Positions 63,745-64,000 of a stretch of 64,000 bases of DNA are shown here, piece by piece. The stretch covers positions 107,944,001 to 108,008,000 of the forward strand of contig NW_024704743.1 of the NCBI RefSeq assembly GCF_018977255.1. The letters run 5' to 3'. Made by a program: the position numbers and the translations under genes. The notes beneath the pieces are model-generated. The model saw nothing but the letters and a program-made list of their open reading frames with translations, made no database searches and had not been told where the DNA came from. The DNA is from Callorhinchus milii. Its lineage: Eukaryota. Position 1 is the stretch's first letter; each line of letters starts with the position of its first letter.

Positions 63745-64000
63745 TAATAATCATTCTTGCATTTGCTGTAGTGCTTCAGCATGTTGTTGAGAGATCTTAA
63801 AGCGCTTCACAGGATTTTACTGTGAAGTGTTGTGACTGTATATTTTATAGGCGAAAGCAGCAGCTAACTTGCCCACAGTATGTCCCACAAACAGCAGTGA
63901 AGTCTGTGAACAATTTGATTTGGGGATAGTTGGCGAGGTCACTGGGAGAAACTCCCTTCTCTTTTCGAATAGTACCATGGGATCTTTAAAGTCCAGCTGA
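63745..64000 (-). mobile_element. Deu-domain SINE, running off the window
   Basis: Family tail and AAAGATCCCATGGTACTATTCG core. Confidence 0.75.

Noticed and set aside
1..64000. CRISPR arrays, operons, rRNA or intact autonomous transposons
   Set aside because: None seen. The window is eukaryotic intron/exon sequence and all LINE copies are truncated and degenerate.

Overview
This is vertebrate genomic DNA. The repeat content (tRNA-head SINEs, Deu-domain SINEs, L2 LINEs with (TTG)n tails, CR1 fragments) suggests a cartilaginous fish, possibly a chimaera; this is an inference. The whole window lies inside one minus-strand gene, ASPH (aspartyl/asparaginyl beta-hydroxylase; the junctate/junctin locus), and both gene ends are outside the window. 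I reconstructed 28 coding exons by hand from splice sites and reading frame. Twenty are symmetric phase-1 exons of 27-153 nt (1131 nt, 377 codons) encoding a long acidic luminal region. Eight are conserved exons for the TPR region and the start of the catalytic domain. There is also a candidate junctate-type alternative terminal exon (D-L-stop, about 1.45 kb 3'UTR) and one GC-AG intron. The most striking unexplained signal is a perfect 23-bp inverted repeat in unique intronic DNA (61792-61814 / 63090-63112) that encloses one in-frame triplet of small exons, suggesting structure-controlled block exon skipping. Almost all ORFs in the supplied track are repeat-derived or chance ORFs. Repeat boundaries are approximate.
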